Under the pieces are notes generated by a model. The model searched no databases. It had not been told where the DNA came from and was given only the letters and a program-made list of their open reading frames with translations. Shown one piece after another: positions 10,335 to 20,200 of a DNA stretch of 64,000 nt (its first letter is position 1; each line of letters opens with the position of its first letter). The position numbers were made by a program, and so were the translations under genes. Source of the stretch: an uncultured delta proteobacterium (GTDB taxonomy: Bacteria; Myxococcota_A; Polyangia; Polyangiales; Polyangiaceae). The stretch is from the NCBI GenBank assembly GCA_963850305.1, contig CAWKKR010000008.1, forward strand, positions 1,696,001 to 1,760,000, written 5' to 3'.

Positions 10335-11705
10335 ATGGGTCAACTCCACGTCGCCGTCATAGGCACCGGATATGTCGGTCTGACCAATGCGGTCGCGCTC
10401 GCTCATTTGGGATGTCACGTGACGTGCGTCGATGTCGACGAGCGGAAGATCGCGCAGATCAACACAGGCAAGCTTCCGATCTACGAGCCGTATCTCGAGG
10501 AGCTCTCGAAGATGTCGCGGAGCCGGCTCGTCTTCACGACGGATTACGCGGTTGCAGTTCCTTCGGCGGACGTCGTGTTCATCGCCGTCGGAACCCCGCC
10601 GGGCCGCGAAGGAGCGCCGGATCTGAAGTACCTCGAGAGCGCCGCAAGAGCGGTCGGGGCACACCTGGGCGAAAAATTCACCGTCGTCGTGAACAAGTCG
10701 ACCGTGCCGATCGGAAGCGGAAACTGGGTCGAATCCATCGTGCGCGAAGCGTTCATCGGGCGCCGCGGATCGAAAGCAGAGCGTCGCTTCGCCGTCGCGT
10801 CAAACCCGGAGTTCTTGCGCGAAGGATCGGCCCTTCTGGATACGCTGTATCCGGACCGCACCGTCATCGGCGCCGACGACATTCGCGCCGTTCACGCTCT
10901 CGCCGATCTCTACCGGCCTATCACGGAACAAACGTTCGTCGCGCCAACTTTTCTCCCGCGGCCGGATGGTCTCGCCACCGTGCCGCTGATCACGACGGAC
11001 CTCGCGTCGGCCGAGCTCATCAAGTATTCGGCGAACGCGTTTCTGTCCCTCAAACTGAGCTTCATCAACGAGATCGCGGAGCTCGCGGAGAAGGTCGGCG
11101 CGGACGTCACGCAAGTTGCCAGGGGCATCGGGAGCGACGCACGGATCGGGAATCGATTTCTACTGGCGGGGATCGGTTGGGGCGGCTCCTGCTTCGGCAA
11201 GGACACTGCCGCTCTGGTGGCAACAGGGCGCGAATATGGGCTCTCGATGCCCATCGTCGCTGCGGCGCGCGAAGTGAATGCGCGTCAACGCGAACGGGTG
11301 ATAGAGAAGCTTCTCGGTGAGCTCAAGATCTTGAAAGGCCGGACCGTCGGGCTCCTTGGGCTTGCGTTCAAGCCGCTCACGGATGATCTTCGCGACGCGC
11401 CGGCACTCGACATCGCGCGGAGGCTCATCGAGCGCGGCGCCAAGGTTCGAGCACACGATCCCATCGCTCTCGAGCGAGCGCGTGCAGAAGCGGGCCTGCC
11501 GATCGAATACTGCGAAACGGCGGCTGCCGTGGCCGAAGAGGCGGATGCAATCGTCCTCGCGACGGAGTGGTCCGAATACGTCGACCTGCCCTGGACGGAA
11601 ATGGCAAAGGCCATGCGCGCGCCCTTGATCCTGGATGGGCGAAACGCATTGCCCCGTCTCGTCCTGGAACAGGCTGGTTTCCGTTACATCGGAATGGGAA
11701 GGTAA
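10335..11705 (+). CDS. ugd: UDP-glucose 6-dehydrogenase
   Basis: GTGYVG, NKSTVP, SNPEFLREG, GWGGSCFGKD, GLAFKP. Confidence 0.95.
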   Translation: MGQLHVAVIGTGYVGLTNAVALAHLGCHVTCVDVDERKIAQINTGKLPIYEPYLEELSKMSRSRLVFTTDYAVAVPSADVVFIAVGTPPGREGAPDLKYLESAARAVGAHLGEKFTVVVNKSTVPIGSGNWVESIVREAFIGRRGSKAERRFAVASNPEFLREGSALLDTLYPDRTVIGADDIRAVHALADLYRPITEQTFVAPTFLPRPDGLATVPLITTDLASAELIKYSANAFLSLKLSFINEIAELAEKVGADVTQVARGIGSDARIGNRFLLAGIGWGGSCFGKDTAALVATGREYGLSMPIVAAAREVNARQRERVIEKLLGELKILKGRTVGLLGLAFKPLTDDLRDAPALDIARRLIERGAKVRAHDPIALERARAEAGLPIEYCETAAAVAEEADAIVLATEWSEYVDLPWTEMAKAMRAPLILDGRNALPRLVLEQAGFRYIGMGR

Positions 11706-11708
11706 AAC

Positions 11709-12638
11709 GTGCGAATATTGATCACGGGGGCAGCCGGCTTCGTCGGGAGTCATCTCGCGGCGAGGCTTCTTCGAGATGGCCATCGCGTCATCGGCGTAGA
11801 CAACTTCGTCACCGGAAGCCGGGACAACCTCGCCGACAAGATCGAAGACCCGAGCTTCGAATTCGTCGAAGCTGACGCCATCAATCCGCTCACCGTGGAG
11901 GGCGAACTCGATTGGGTGATGCATTTTGCCTGTCCGGCCTCGCCGCCGAAGTATCTCGCACGCCCGATCGAAACGCTCCGCGTCAGCGGGGAAGGCACGT
12001 ACCATTTGCTCGAACTCGCCGAGCGAAAGAAGGCGCAATTTTTCCTGGCGAGCACGAGCGAGGTTTACGGCGATCCACTGGTGCACCCGCAGCCCGAAAG
12101 TTACTGGGGTCACGTGAACCCGGTCGGCGAGCGGAGCGTTTACGATGAGGGAAAGCGCTACGCCGAGGCGATGACCGCTGCGTATCACCGCGGTCGGGGG
12201 TTGCCCATTCGCATCATCCGCATCTTCAACACCTATGGTCCGAAGATGGCGGCCGAAGACGGTCGCGTCGTCACGAACTTCGTCGTGCGCGCTCTCAAGG
12301 GACAATCGCTGGTTCTGTACGGTGAGGGCACCCAGACGCGAAGCTTCCAGTACGTCGACGATCTGGTGGAGGGCGTCGTTCGATTGATGGCAAAGCCATT
12401 CTTCCATCCCGTGAACCTCGGGAACCCGGATGAATACACGATCAGGATGTTCGCCGAGGTCATACGGGAACTGATTCCGACCGCGGGGCCTCTGGTTTTC
12501 GGGCCTCTTCCGTCGGATGATCCGAAGCAGCGCAAGCCTGACATCGCTGTGGCAAAGAAGCTGCTCGACTGGCAGCCGACCGTTCCACTTCGCGCCGGCA
12601 TCCGCGCGACGATCGACTACTTCCGCCCTCGGATCTGA
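11709..12638 (+). CDS. UDP-glucuronate decarboxylase (UDP-xylose synthase) family
   Basis: GAAGFVGSH, HFACPASP, STSEVYGDP, YDEGKR, RIFNTYGP, DDPKQRKPDI. Confidence 0.92.
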   Translation: MRILITGAAGFVGSHLAARLLRDGHRVIGVDNFVTGSRDNLADKIEDPSFEFVEADAINPLTVEGELDWVMHFACPASPPKYLARPIETLRVSGEGTYHLLELAERKKAQFFLASTSEVYGDPLVHPQPESYWGHVNPVGERSVYDEGKRYAEAMTAAYHRGRGLPIRIIRIFNTYGPKMAAEDGRVVTNFVVRALKGQSLVLYGEGTQTRSFQYVDDLVEGVVRLMAKPFFHPVNLGNPDEYTIRMFAEVIRELIPTAGPLVFGPLPSDDPKQRKPDIAVAKKLLDWQPTVPLRAGIRATIDYFRPRI

Positions 12639-12652
12639 AGACACCGAGGGCC

Positions 12653-12748
12653 CCTTGCTCCGAGCGCGCGCCAATCTCTCGGCGCTCTCGCTCCTCGGCG
12701 TGCGTTCGCACGCCTGCGGGGGCTCACCCCCTGCGCGCCTTGCTCCGA
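12653..12748. repeat. Intergenic REP/MITE-like palindromic element flanked by 11-bp direct repeats
   Basis: CCTTGCTCCGA at 12653 and 12738 enclosing hairpins GGCGTGCG-TT-CGCACGCC and GGGGG-CTCA-CCCCC. Confidence 0.5.
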
Positions 12749-12785
12749 CGTTCACCCCACGCTACAGCACGCGAACAAGTCGCGC

Positions 12786-13959
12786 ATGAAGCGTCTCGTG
12801 CTGCTTGCTTCGTTGGTCGCCCTTCCGCTGTCCGCGGGGTGCATCGTTGCACCCTGTCCGCGTGGGCTCGTTTGCGGCGTGGTGGGGGCGGGAGGCGCGG
12901 GCGGCTCCGCGGGCGAGAGCGACGGTGACGTGCCCCTCAGGGAAGCAGGCGCCGACGGCACAGTCAATGCTCCGACTGGAACCTGGACCAACGTGACCGG
13001 CAGCCTTGCCGGTATGGATTCCGAATGCGGCAACATGTCGTTCGTGTCGGCCAAGCCGGACGAGGATTCTGCTCATCGCTGGCGTCGCCCTGAGGGGGCT
13101 GTGGGCGAGCACGGACGGAGGGGCGACGTGGCACGCCTTTGGGACGGGTGATGCCAGCTCGGGACCCATCACCAATCGGACGAGCTCCATCGTCTACGAT
13201 CCGGATCATCCCGAACGGTTCTGGGAAAGCGGGATCTACGACGGGGGCGGTGTTTACATCACGTCGGACGACGGAGAGACGTTCTCGGTCCTGGGCGATT
13301 CGCACCACGTGGACCTGGTGAGTATCGACTTCGAGGATCCCGACCGAAAGACGCTGGTTGCGGGTGGCCACGAGCAGTCTCGGACGCTCTACCAATCTTC
13401 GGACCGAGGCGCGACGTGGGCGAACATAGGGCTCAACTTCCGGAACGCGACCGACGTCTGCACGCGTCCTCTCGTGCTTACTCCAAGCAGCTATCTGGTC
13501 GGTTGTTCGACGTACGATGGCGGCGTCGACGGCATCCAGCGAACGACCGACTCCGGCAAGACCTGGTCACGAGTGACCAACTCCGTTGGCGGCGCGTCGG
13601 AGCCCCTGACTGCTTCCGACGGCGCGATCTACTGGACGACGGCCGGCGGCGGGATGGCGAAGAGCGTCGACGGTGGTCGAACCTTCACACAAATCGAGGG
13701 CTCCGAGGCGATCACGTCGCAATCGCCTCGGGAACTTCCGGGCGGGAGCATCGTTGCCCTCGGTCGCGATTACGTCATGCTGTCCAGGGATCACGGAGCG
13801 ACCTGGGACGCCGTGAGTTCGAAGCTTCCATACCAGGACGCTGTCGGAGTCGCGTACTCGAGGCAAGAGCGGGCGTTCTTCATCTGGCACTTCACTTGCG
13901 CGGACACGGTGCCGGCGGACGCGATCATGCGTTACGACTTCGACTACGAGAAAGACTGA
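12786..13959 (+). CDS. Lipoprotein with BNR/Asp-box repeats (sialidase/GH74-like propeller); +1 frameshift at ~13067
   Basis: Lipobox LSAGC, Gly linker; Asp-boxes STDGGATW, SDDGETF, SDRGATW, TDSGKTW, SVDGGRTF, SRDHGATW; removing one T in GATTCT joins ORFs 12786 and 13006 (KPDED-LLIAG). Confidence 0.8.
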
Positions 13960-13969
13960 CGCGCCACCG

Positions 13970-15139
13970 ATGGATTCTGCAGCAACGACCCAGTCAGCGA
14001 GTCCCGGGCGGCGCTACCTCGGTCACGTGGAAGGGCTTCGCGCTCTGGCGGCGCTGATGGTCTTCCTGAACCACGCTTACGCGCAAAGCTACCGCGGGGG
14101 TCTGGACCACGCGACCGGGCTGCTGGCACCATTCAGCCTGTCGATGATTGGCGGTCATCTGGCCGTCAGCGTCTTCATCGTCATCTCGGGGTTTTGCCTG
14201 ACGCTGCCCGTCGTCGACGCGAAGGGTGAGCTCCGCGGTGGCACACGCGCCTTCTTCAAACGACGCGCACGGCGCATCTTGCCGCCTTACTACGGGGCAC
14301 TCGGGCTCTCCTTGCTACTGATCCTGACGCTCATCGGGAACAAGACAGGGACCTTGTGGGACGTCTCGAATCAGATCGACTGGAAAGCGTTTGTCGCGCA
14401 CGTGGCACTGGTCCAGGACCTATTTCGTACCGGACGCATCAACTACGTGTTCTGGTCGATCGCGGTCGAATGGCACATCTATTTTCTGTTTCCCCTGCTG
14501 CTGTGGGGCGTCCGTCGCGTCGGCGTCGTCCGGGTCACCATGGCTGCGTTGCTCTTAGGCTACGCGATCCGCTTCGGGTTCGACGGTGACCGAATCGAGC
14601 GCGCCAATCCACAGTATCTCGGCCTGTTCGCGCTCGGCATGCTCGCGGCTTACGTCACATCATCCCCGGAAACGAGGTTCGTGCGGCTCCGCGGGAGCCG
14701 GTGGTGGAGCGTGCTCGCCGCGTGTCTTCTTCTTCTCACGACCTCGCTCGCCGCCAGGTGGGGCGTCGCCGTCGGCGTCACGCGATTCCACTACCTCGAC
14801 GGTCTCGTCGGGGCGATGGCGATGGCGACGCTGATCCACGCGTCGTCGTGGCCGAAGTCGCGGCTCACGCGCTTTCTCTCCCGGAGGTCGCTCGTCTTCG
14901 TCGGCACGTTCTCGTATAGCTTGTATCTGGTGCACGCCCCCTTGCTCCAGCTGCTGTGGCAGTACGTGCTCCATCCGTTGAACCTCACGGCTTCGGAGAT
15001 GTTCCTCGCGCTCGTCACCTTCGGCCTGGTAACGGTGCTCCTCTCGGCCTACCTGTTCTTCCGGGTATTCGAGGAACCGTTCATGCGGTCATCCTCGCGT
15101 TCGACGGTGCGGAGTCCGGGCGCGCAACCGGCGATCTGA
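13970..15139 (+). CDS. Acyltransferase family 3 (OafA/YrhL-like membrane O-acyltransferase)
   Basis: VEGLRALAALMV..H, VSVFIVISGF, FFKRRARRILPPY, WSIAVEWHIY, SYSLYLVH. Confidence 0.92.
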   Translation: MDSAATTQSASPGRRYLGHVEGLRALAALMVFLNHAYAQSYRGGLDHATGLLAPFSLSMIGGHLAVSVFIVISGFCLTLPVVDAKGELRGGTRAFFKRRARRILPPYYGALGLSLLLILTLIGNKTGTLWDVSNQIDWKAFVAHVALVQDLFRTGRINYVFWSIAVEWHIYFLFPLLLWGVRRVGVVRVTMAALLLGYAIRFGFDGDRIERANPQYLGLFALGMLAAYVTSSPETRFVRLRGSRWWSVLAACLLLLTTSLAARWGVAVGVTRFHYLDGLVGAMAMATLIHASSWPKSRLTRFLSRRSLVFVGTFSYSLYLVHAPLLQLLWQYVLHPLNLTASEMFLALVTFGLVTVLLSAYLFFRVFEEPFMRSSSRSTVRSPGAQPAI

Positions 15140-15143
15140 GCCG

Positions 15144-16268
15144 ATGACGAGCGTAGCGTTGCGCGCGGCCGCGAGCTCGACGGTGGTGTCGCCCCCCTCA
15201 CCCTCGTTGCCGCGCGACCGCGCCCTCGACGCGCTTCGCGGGTGGGCCATCGTGCTCATGATTCTGAGTCACGTGGGCAGCCACACGCCGCTCTGCACGC
15301 TCGCGCATCTTCCTCTGTGGGTTTCTGCCGCCGATCCGTTCATCGTCTTGTCGGGTATCGTTCTAGGAATGCGCGCACGGCGGGGGCCAGTGCGCGGACT
15401 CGGCCGACGTACGTTCCAGATCTATCGCGCCCACGTCGTCATGATGGTCGCGATCATTGTCGTTCATCAGTGGACCGGGCGGCTCCGGGTTCCGTCGGTA
15501 CAGGAGGCGGGGGGCTATCTCTCGATGCTGTGGATGGTGCCGACGCTCCGTCTACAGTCCCTCGACTTCGCGAACATCTTGCCCCTGTTCATCGTGTTCT
15601 TCGTCGCATCGCCGGCGTTCATCGCGGCGATGCGTGCCGGTTCGACCGGCGCAGGGCTCGCGCTTTCGATCGGGCTCTGGGCCGTAGCGCAACGATGTCC
15701 TGAATTTCTCCGGTTCACCGATCCCGTTTCCGGGCCTCAGGTATTCGTGTTGCTGGGGTGGCAGCTCGCGTTCATCGTTGGTCTTACGGTCGGTTTCCAC
15801 CGACTCAAGCTCGCCGAACTCTGGCATCGACATCGTCGCGTCTCGTTCTCTTGCACTGTGGCGCTGGTGGGCACGGTGTTCGTCCTCGCGCAGCTTCAGC
15901 GCGGGATCCTCGAACGATTCGGCGCGCACCTCCCTCAAGCTGCCGACTGGCTATTCGCGAAAGAGACCTGGGGCCCCGTCCGGGCCGTCTACGTTTCAGG
16001 ATTGATGCTGCTCGCGTATCTGGGGTTGTCGCGATTCCGGTCCAGACTCCGGGTGGCTCCGCTCCGGTTCACGTTCGATTCGTTGGAACTGATCGGAAAG
16101 AACAGTCTCTATTGTTTCTTCGCGCACCTGCCGTTCGCACTCGTCGCGTCGGCGGTTCACTTCGACGACCTACCAATGGTCATCCAGCAGCCCGCGAGCA
16201 TCGGCGTCATCGCGGCCGTGTTCCTGATGGCGAAGCACCGAATATTGTGGCGCTATATCCCCAGCTAG
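15144..16268 (+). CDS. OpgC-like membrane acyltransferase
   Basis: RDRALDALRG..LMILSH, SAADPFIVLSG, NILPLF, WQLAF, IGKNSLYCFFAH. Confidence 0.78.
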   Translation: MTSVALRAAASSTVVSPPSPSLPRDRALDALRGWAIVLMILSHVGSHTPLCTLAHLPLWVSAADPFIVLSGIVLGMRARRGPVRGLGRRTFQIYRAHVVMMVAIIVVHQWTGRLRVPSVQEAGGYLSMLWMVPTLRLQSLDFANILPLFIVFFVASPAFIAAMRAGSTGAGLALSIGLWAVAQRCPEFLRFTDPVSGPQVFVLLGWQLAFIVGLTVGFHRLKLAELWHRHRRVSFSCTVALVGTVFVLAQLQRGILERFGAHLPQAADWLFAKETWGPVRAVYVSGLMLLAYLGLSRFRSRLRVAPLRFTFDSLELIGKNSLYCFFAHLPFALVASAVHFDDLPMVIQQPASIGVIAAVFLMAKHRILWRYIPS

Positions 16269-16407
16269 CTCCACGCCCGAGCAGAAGCCGCGCGAGCCGA
16301 GTTCGTGCCGGTGCACACGGGAGCGGAAGGCCGAGCAGTCGACAGGAAGTTGACGACGGAATGGCGATCGACATCGCGTGAGTCTATGCTTTCGCGAGAA
16401 GGTCTTC

Positions 16408-17241
16408 ATGCTCGAGAACATCGCGAAATCGCCTCGAACGGCTCCGGGTCCGACGGGTCGCATCCGCCGCGAGGACGCAAGGGTGGCGCTTTTCGGAATG
16501 AAGCTCGACGCCGTCACGATGAGCGAAGCGGTGGAGGCGGTGCTGTCGATGGCGCGGACCGCGGGGAAGTGCAGATTCGTGGTGACGCCGAACGTCGATC
16601 ACGTGCTCATTTTCCAACGCACCGAGGCGCTCCGGCGCGCGTACGCCGCCGCGTCCCTCATCGTCGCAGACGGCTTGCCCATAGTGCTGTCGTCTTCGCT
16701 CTTTGGCCCCGCATTGCCGGAGAGAGTTGCCGGGAGCGATCTCGTCCCCGCGGTGTTCGCCGCCGCGACGGCCTCCGCCCCGCTCCATGTCTTCCTGCTT
16801 GGGGCCGGGGCCGGTGTAGCGGAGCGAGCGGCCCGGCGGATCGAAGCCCGGTGGAATGCCGTGAGCGTCGTTGGAACTTACAGTCCGCCTCTTGGATTCG
16901 AGCGCGACCCGCGGGAAAGCGAGAAAATATTGGAACACCTCCGGCGCGTGAGGCCCGAAGTTCTCTTGATCGGCCTCGGCGCACCGAAACAGGAGATGTG
17001 GGTGCACACTCATCTCGACGAGATTGCGGCAAACGTCGCGTTGTGCGTCGGCGCTACGATAGATTTTCTCGCCGGAGAAAAGTCGCGTGCCCCGGACTGG
17101 ATGCGGCGCTCGGGACTCGAATGGGTTCACCGCATGGCGACAGAACCACGCCGCTTGGTCCCTCGCTATGCGGCAAATGCACTCGGGTTCCCTGTGCTCC
17201 TTCTACGCGAATGGCGCGCGGCGCGGTTCTCGCAGCTCTGA
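16408..17241 (+). CDS. WecB/TagA/CpsF family glycosyltransferase (GT26)
   Basis: VVTPNVDH, ADGLPIV, ERVAGSDL, GLGAPKQE, RAPDWMRRSGLEW, EPRRL. Confidence 0.93.
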   Translation: MLENIAKSPRTAPGPTGRIRREDARVALFGMKLDAVTMSEAVEAVLSMARTAGKCRFVVTPNVDHVLIFQRTEALRRAYAAASLIVADGLPIVLSSSLFGPALPERVAGSDLVPAVFAAATASAPLHVFLLGAGAGVAERAARRIEARWNAVSVVGTYSPPLGFERDPRESEKILEHLRRVRPEVLLIGLGAPKQEMWVHTHLDEIAANVALCVGATIDFLAGEKSRAPDWMRRSGLEWVHRMATEPRRLVPRYAANALGFPVLLLREWRAARFSQL

Positions 17242-17257
17242 CCGCGGTCACCGTGGC

Positions 17258-20200
17258 TCATGGAGCGAGTGCCGAGCTCCGAGGGGCGTCGGTGGCGCCC
17301 GGTTGCGCCCGAAGCGCTGCGTCCGCACGATCGAGCGCTTCTGCCAATCTCTGCGCTAGCACGCGCACATGGGGTTCCTCGCACATCGACTCATGATCGC
17401 CCGGGCATATCACGACATCGACGCCCCCTTGCAGGTAGCGCTCCCAGCCGTGCGCCTCGCTGACTTCGACCGCGGTCCACAGGGATAACGCTACCTCTGC
17501 CTGTGCGCGGAAGAGCGTAGCGCGGCCCGACCATGGCTCCGGGCGGTAGCGCCTTTCGGCGATGACCCATGAGTCCTTGAGCGCGTCATAGCGGTAGCGC
17601 TCCGAGAACATTTTCTCGAGCTGCCGACTGAGTTTGAGTCTCAATGCCTGCGTCTCGCTGGCAAGCCGTCGCCCGAACGTACCGACGACGTAGGAAGCTC
17701 CCTGAAGGCGTGCACGCCGCGCATGGATCCTGACGCGCTCGACGAGAGGGCGTATCGGCAGCGCCGGGCTGAAGGAATCCAGAAACCCCAGAAACGCTAC
17801 CTTCTCGCCTTCGCGCTCCAGCTGGCGAGCCATCTCGTACGCGGCGACGCCGCCGCCCGAATAACCACCGACGAAATAGGGACCCGACGGCTGGACGCGT
17901 CGGATCTCACCGACGTAATGCGCCGCCAGCGCCTCCACTTCGTAAAGTCGCCCGCCATCGCCGGCCGCGCCGGGCGGCTGGAGTCCGTAGATGCGTCGCG
18001 TCTTGCCCATGAGTACGGAAAGCTTCCGGAGGTTGTTGAGCGTCCCGCCCATTCCAGCTACGCAAAAGAAGGGACGTCCGTCGCCTTCGCCTTGCATCGT
18101 GACCAGGGACGTCCACCGCGAGTTTTGTGCGGCCCCTCCATTCGCGTTCCGCGCGCGCACGGCGCTACTCTCGGGCTCCGCGCCGTCCGCATGCGTCTCG
18201 CGGAGGGGTCCAGCGGGCGTGGACTCGGCCCGCAGCGGAGCGAGTCCGCCCTCTTCGCGTACGATCACCGCCGTTTGGGCAATCGTGGGCGCGTCGAAGA
18301 GCGTCGAGATCGGGAGGTCGGTGCCATACTTCTTGCGGATCTTGTTGAAGAGGCGAACCGCGATGAGAGATTGCCCGCCGAGTTCGAAAAAGTCGTCGTG
18401 GACTCCCACCTCTTTCACGCCGAGGAGATCGCGCCAGATGACGGCAAGCTCGCGTTCCACGTCGTCTCTTGGCGCGACATAATTGGTGCTCAAGTTGGGT
18501 CGCTCGTACGTCGTCGCGCTCTTCGTCGCGCCTTCCCGGGGTACGACGTGTGCCTGCGACTCGGCATCCGTCGTCGCGAGCCAATCGTCGAGATCGATCG
18601 ACGAAACGACAATCTGTCGTTTCACTTTCGACCGCAGGATGCGACCGAGCGCGTCAATCCCTTCGTGCGGCAAGATCCCCTGGGAGATCGCGGTCCCGAC
18701 GCGTGTCACCTTCGATGTCGGGGGCTCGGCTCGAGCGGTCTCGGCGCGCATCGCGGCCGCCAGATCTACGCGCTTCATCACGAAGTCGGTGACGTGCGCC
18801 ACTCCGCCGCCGTGCTCGTCGTAGATCACGACGTCGAACGTGATGAAGTCCTGCGTGCCTTTCTTGAAACGCACATGGCTAGACAGTTTCTCCGGGAGCG
18901 AGCGAAGCAAGATCACGCGGCCATACGAAAACGGAACGTAGAAGTCCCGTTCTTGATCGAACCCCGGGACGATCGTCTGTGCCGCGCCGGTAGCCATGTC
19001 GAGCAGCGCGGGATGCAGCCTGAGCTGTTTCAGGTCTTCGCGACATGCCGCCGGTAACTCGAGCCCGAGCAGGGCTTCCCGGTGCCCGATCGCTCGGGTC
19101 CTGACGTTTCCCCACCGAGGGCCGAAATCCACGAACGGCTGATCGAGGAAGCCGTCGATGGCTTGTCTGGAGATCGTGCACCGTGCGAGAACCTCCCCGA
19201 TGTTCTCGCGAGGGAGCATGGCGGCGTCGACGTATGCGATCCGGCCCGTCACGTGAAGCGCGTCGGGTGCTTCGCTCGTGAACCAGAACTCTGCGGCGCT
19301 CGGACTCGTTCGGCGAAGGCGTAAGCGGAGCTCTCGCGTCTCCCCGAGCCGTACCGAGAACGGTGCCAGAAAGAACACGTCACGAAGCTCCACCGCGCGA
19401 GACTCGGGGCGCAGTTCGAGCGCGGCCCTCGCCATCTCGAGGTAAGCGGTTCCGGGGATCAACGCCTCGCCGCCGTGAATGACGTGTTCGGCAAGGAGCC
19501 AGTGCGTCCGCCGGCTGAACGCGGTCGAAAGGACGGTTTCCACGGGCGAATCGCTCTCCACCCTGGAGAGCATCGGGTGCTCGCTCCATCGTTGCGATTT
19601 CTGCACCACCGATTGAGGTGGCGTCCTGTCCGCCAGCGTGACGGCCATGCCGATCTCGCGCCAAGCGTTCCAGTTGATCGCCAGCGCCCGCGTTCCTCGA
19701 TCTGCCAGGTCCTCGGCGAATGCATCCAGGAACGCGTTCGCGGCCGTGTAATCCACTTGACCCTCGAGGCCCAGGATCGAGCTCACGGACGAAAAGACCA
19801 TGAAGAAATCCAGAGTCTGGGGCGTGAGCAGTCCACCGAGGATCAGTGCTCCTTTTACTTTGGGTCCGATGACGGCGGCCGCAGCCTCCTTCGTCTTCAG
19901 CGCAATTAGCCCGTCGTCGATGACACCGGCCGCATGAATGAGGCCATGAATCTCGCCGAAGCGGGCGCGGGCCGCGCGCAGCACGCCTTCCATCTGAGTC
20001 CGATCCGCGACATCGGCTGCGAGCGTGAGCACCTCGCTGCCCAGCGCGCGTATCGCCTCGAGCTTCCGGATCCGATGGCTGGTCCGATCGCCATCCCCGT
20101 GGCTGGCGAGCCACGCGCCCCATTCGGACTCCGGCGGCAGGGGCGATCGCCCGACGAGTACGAGCCGCACTTCCGCGACCCGCGCGAAATGCTCTGCGAT

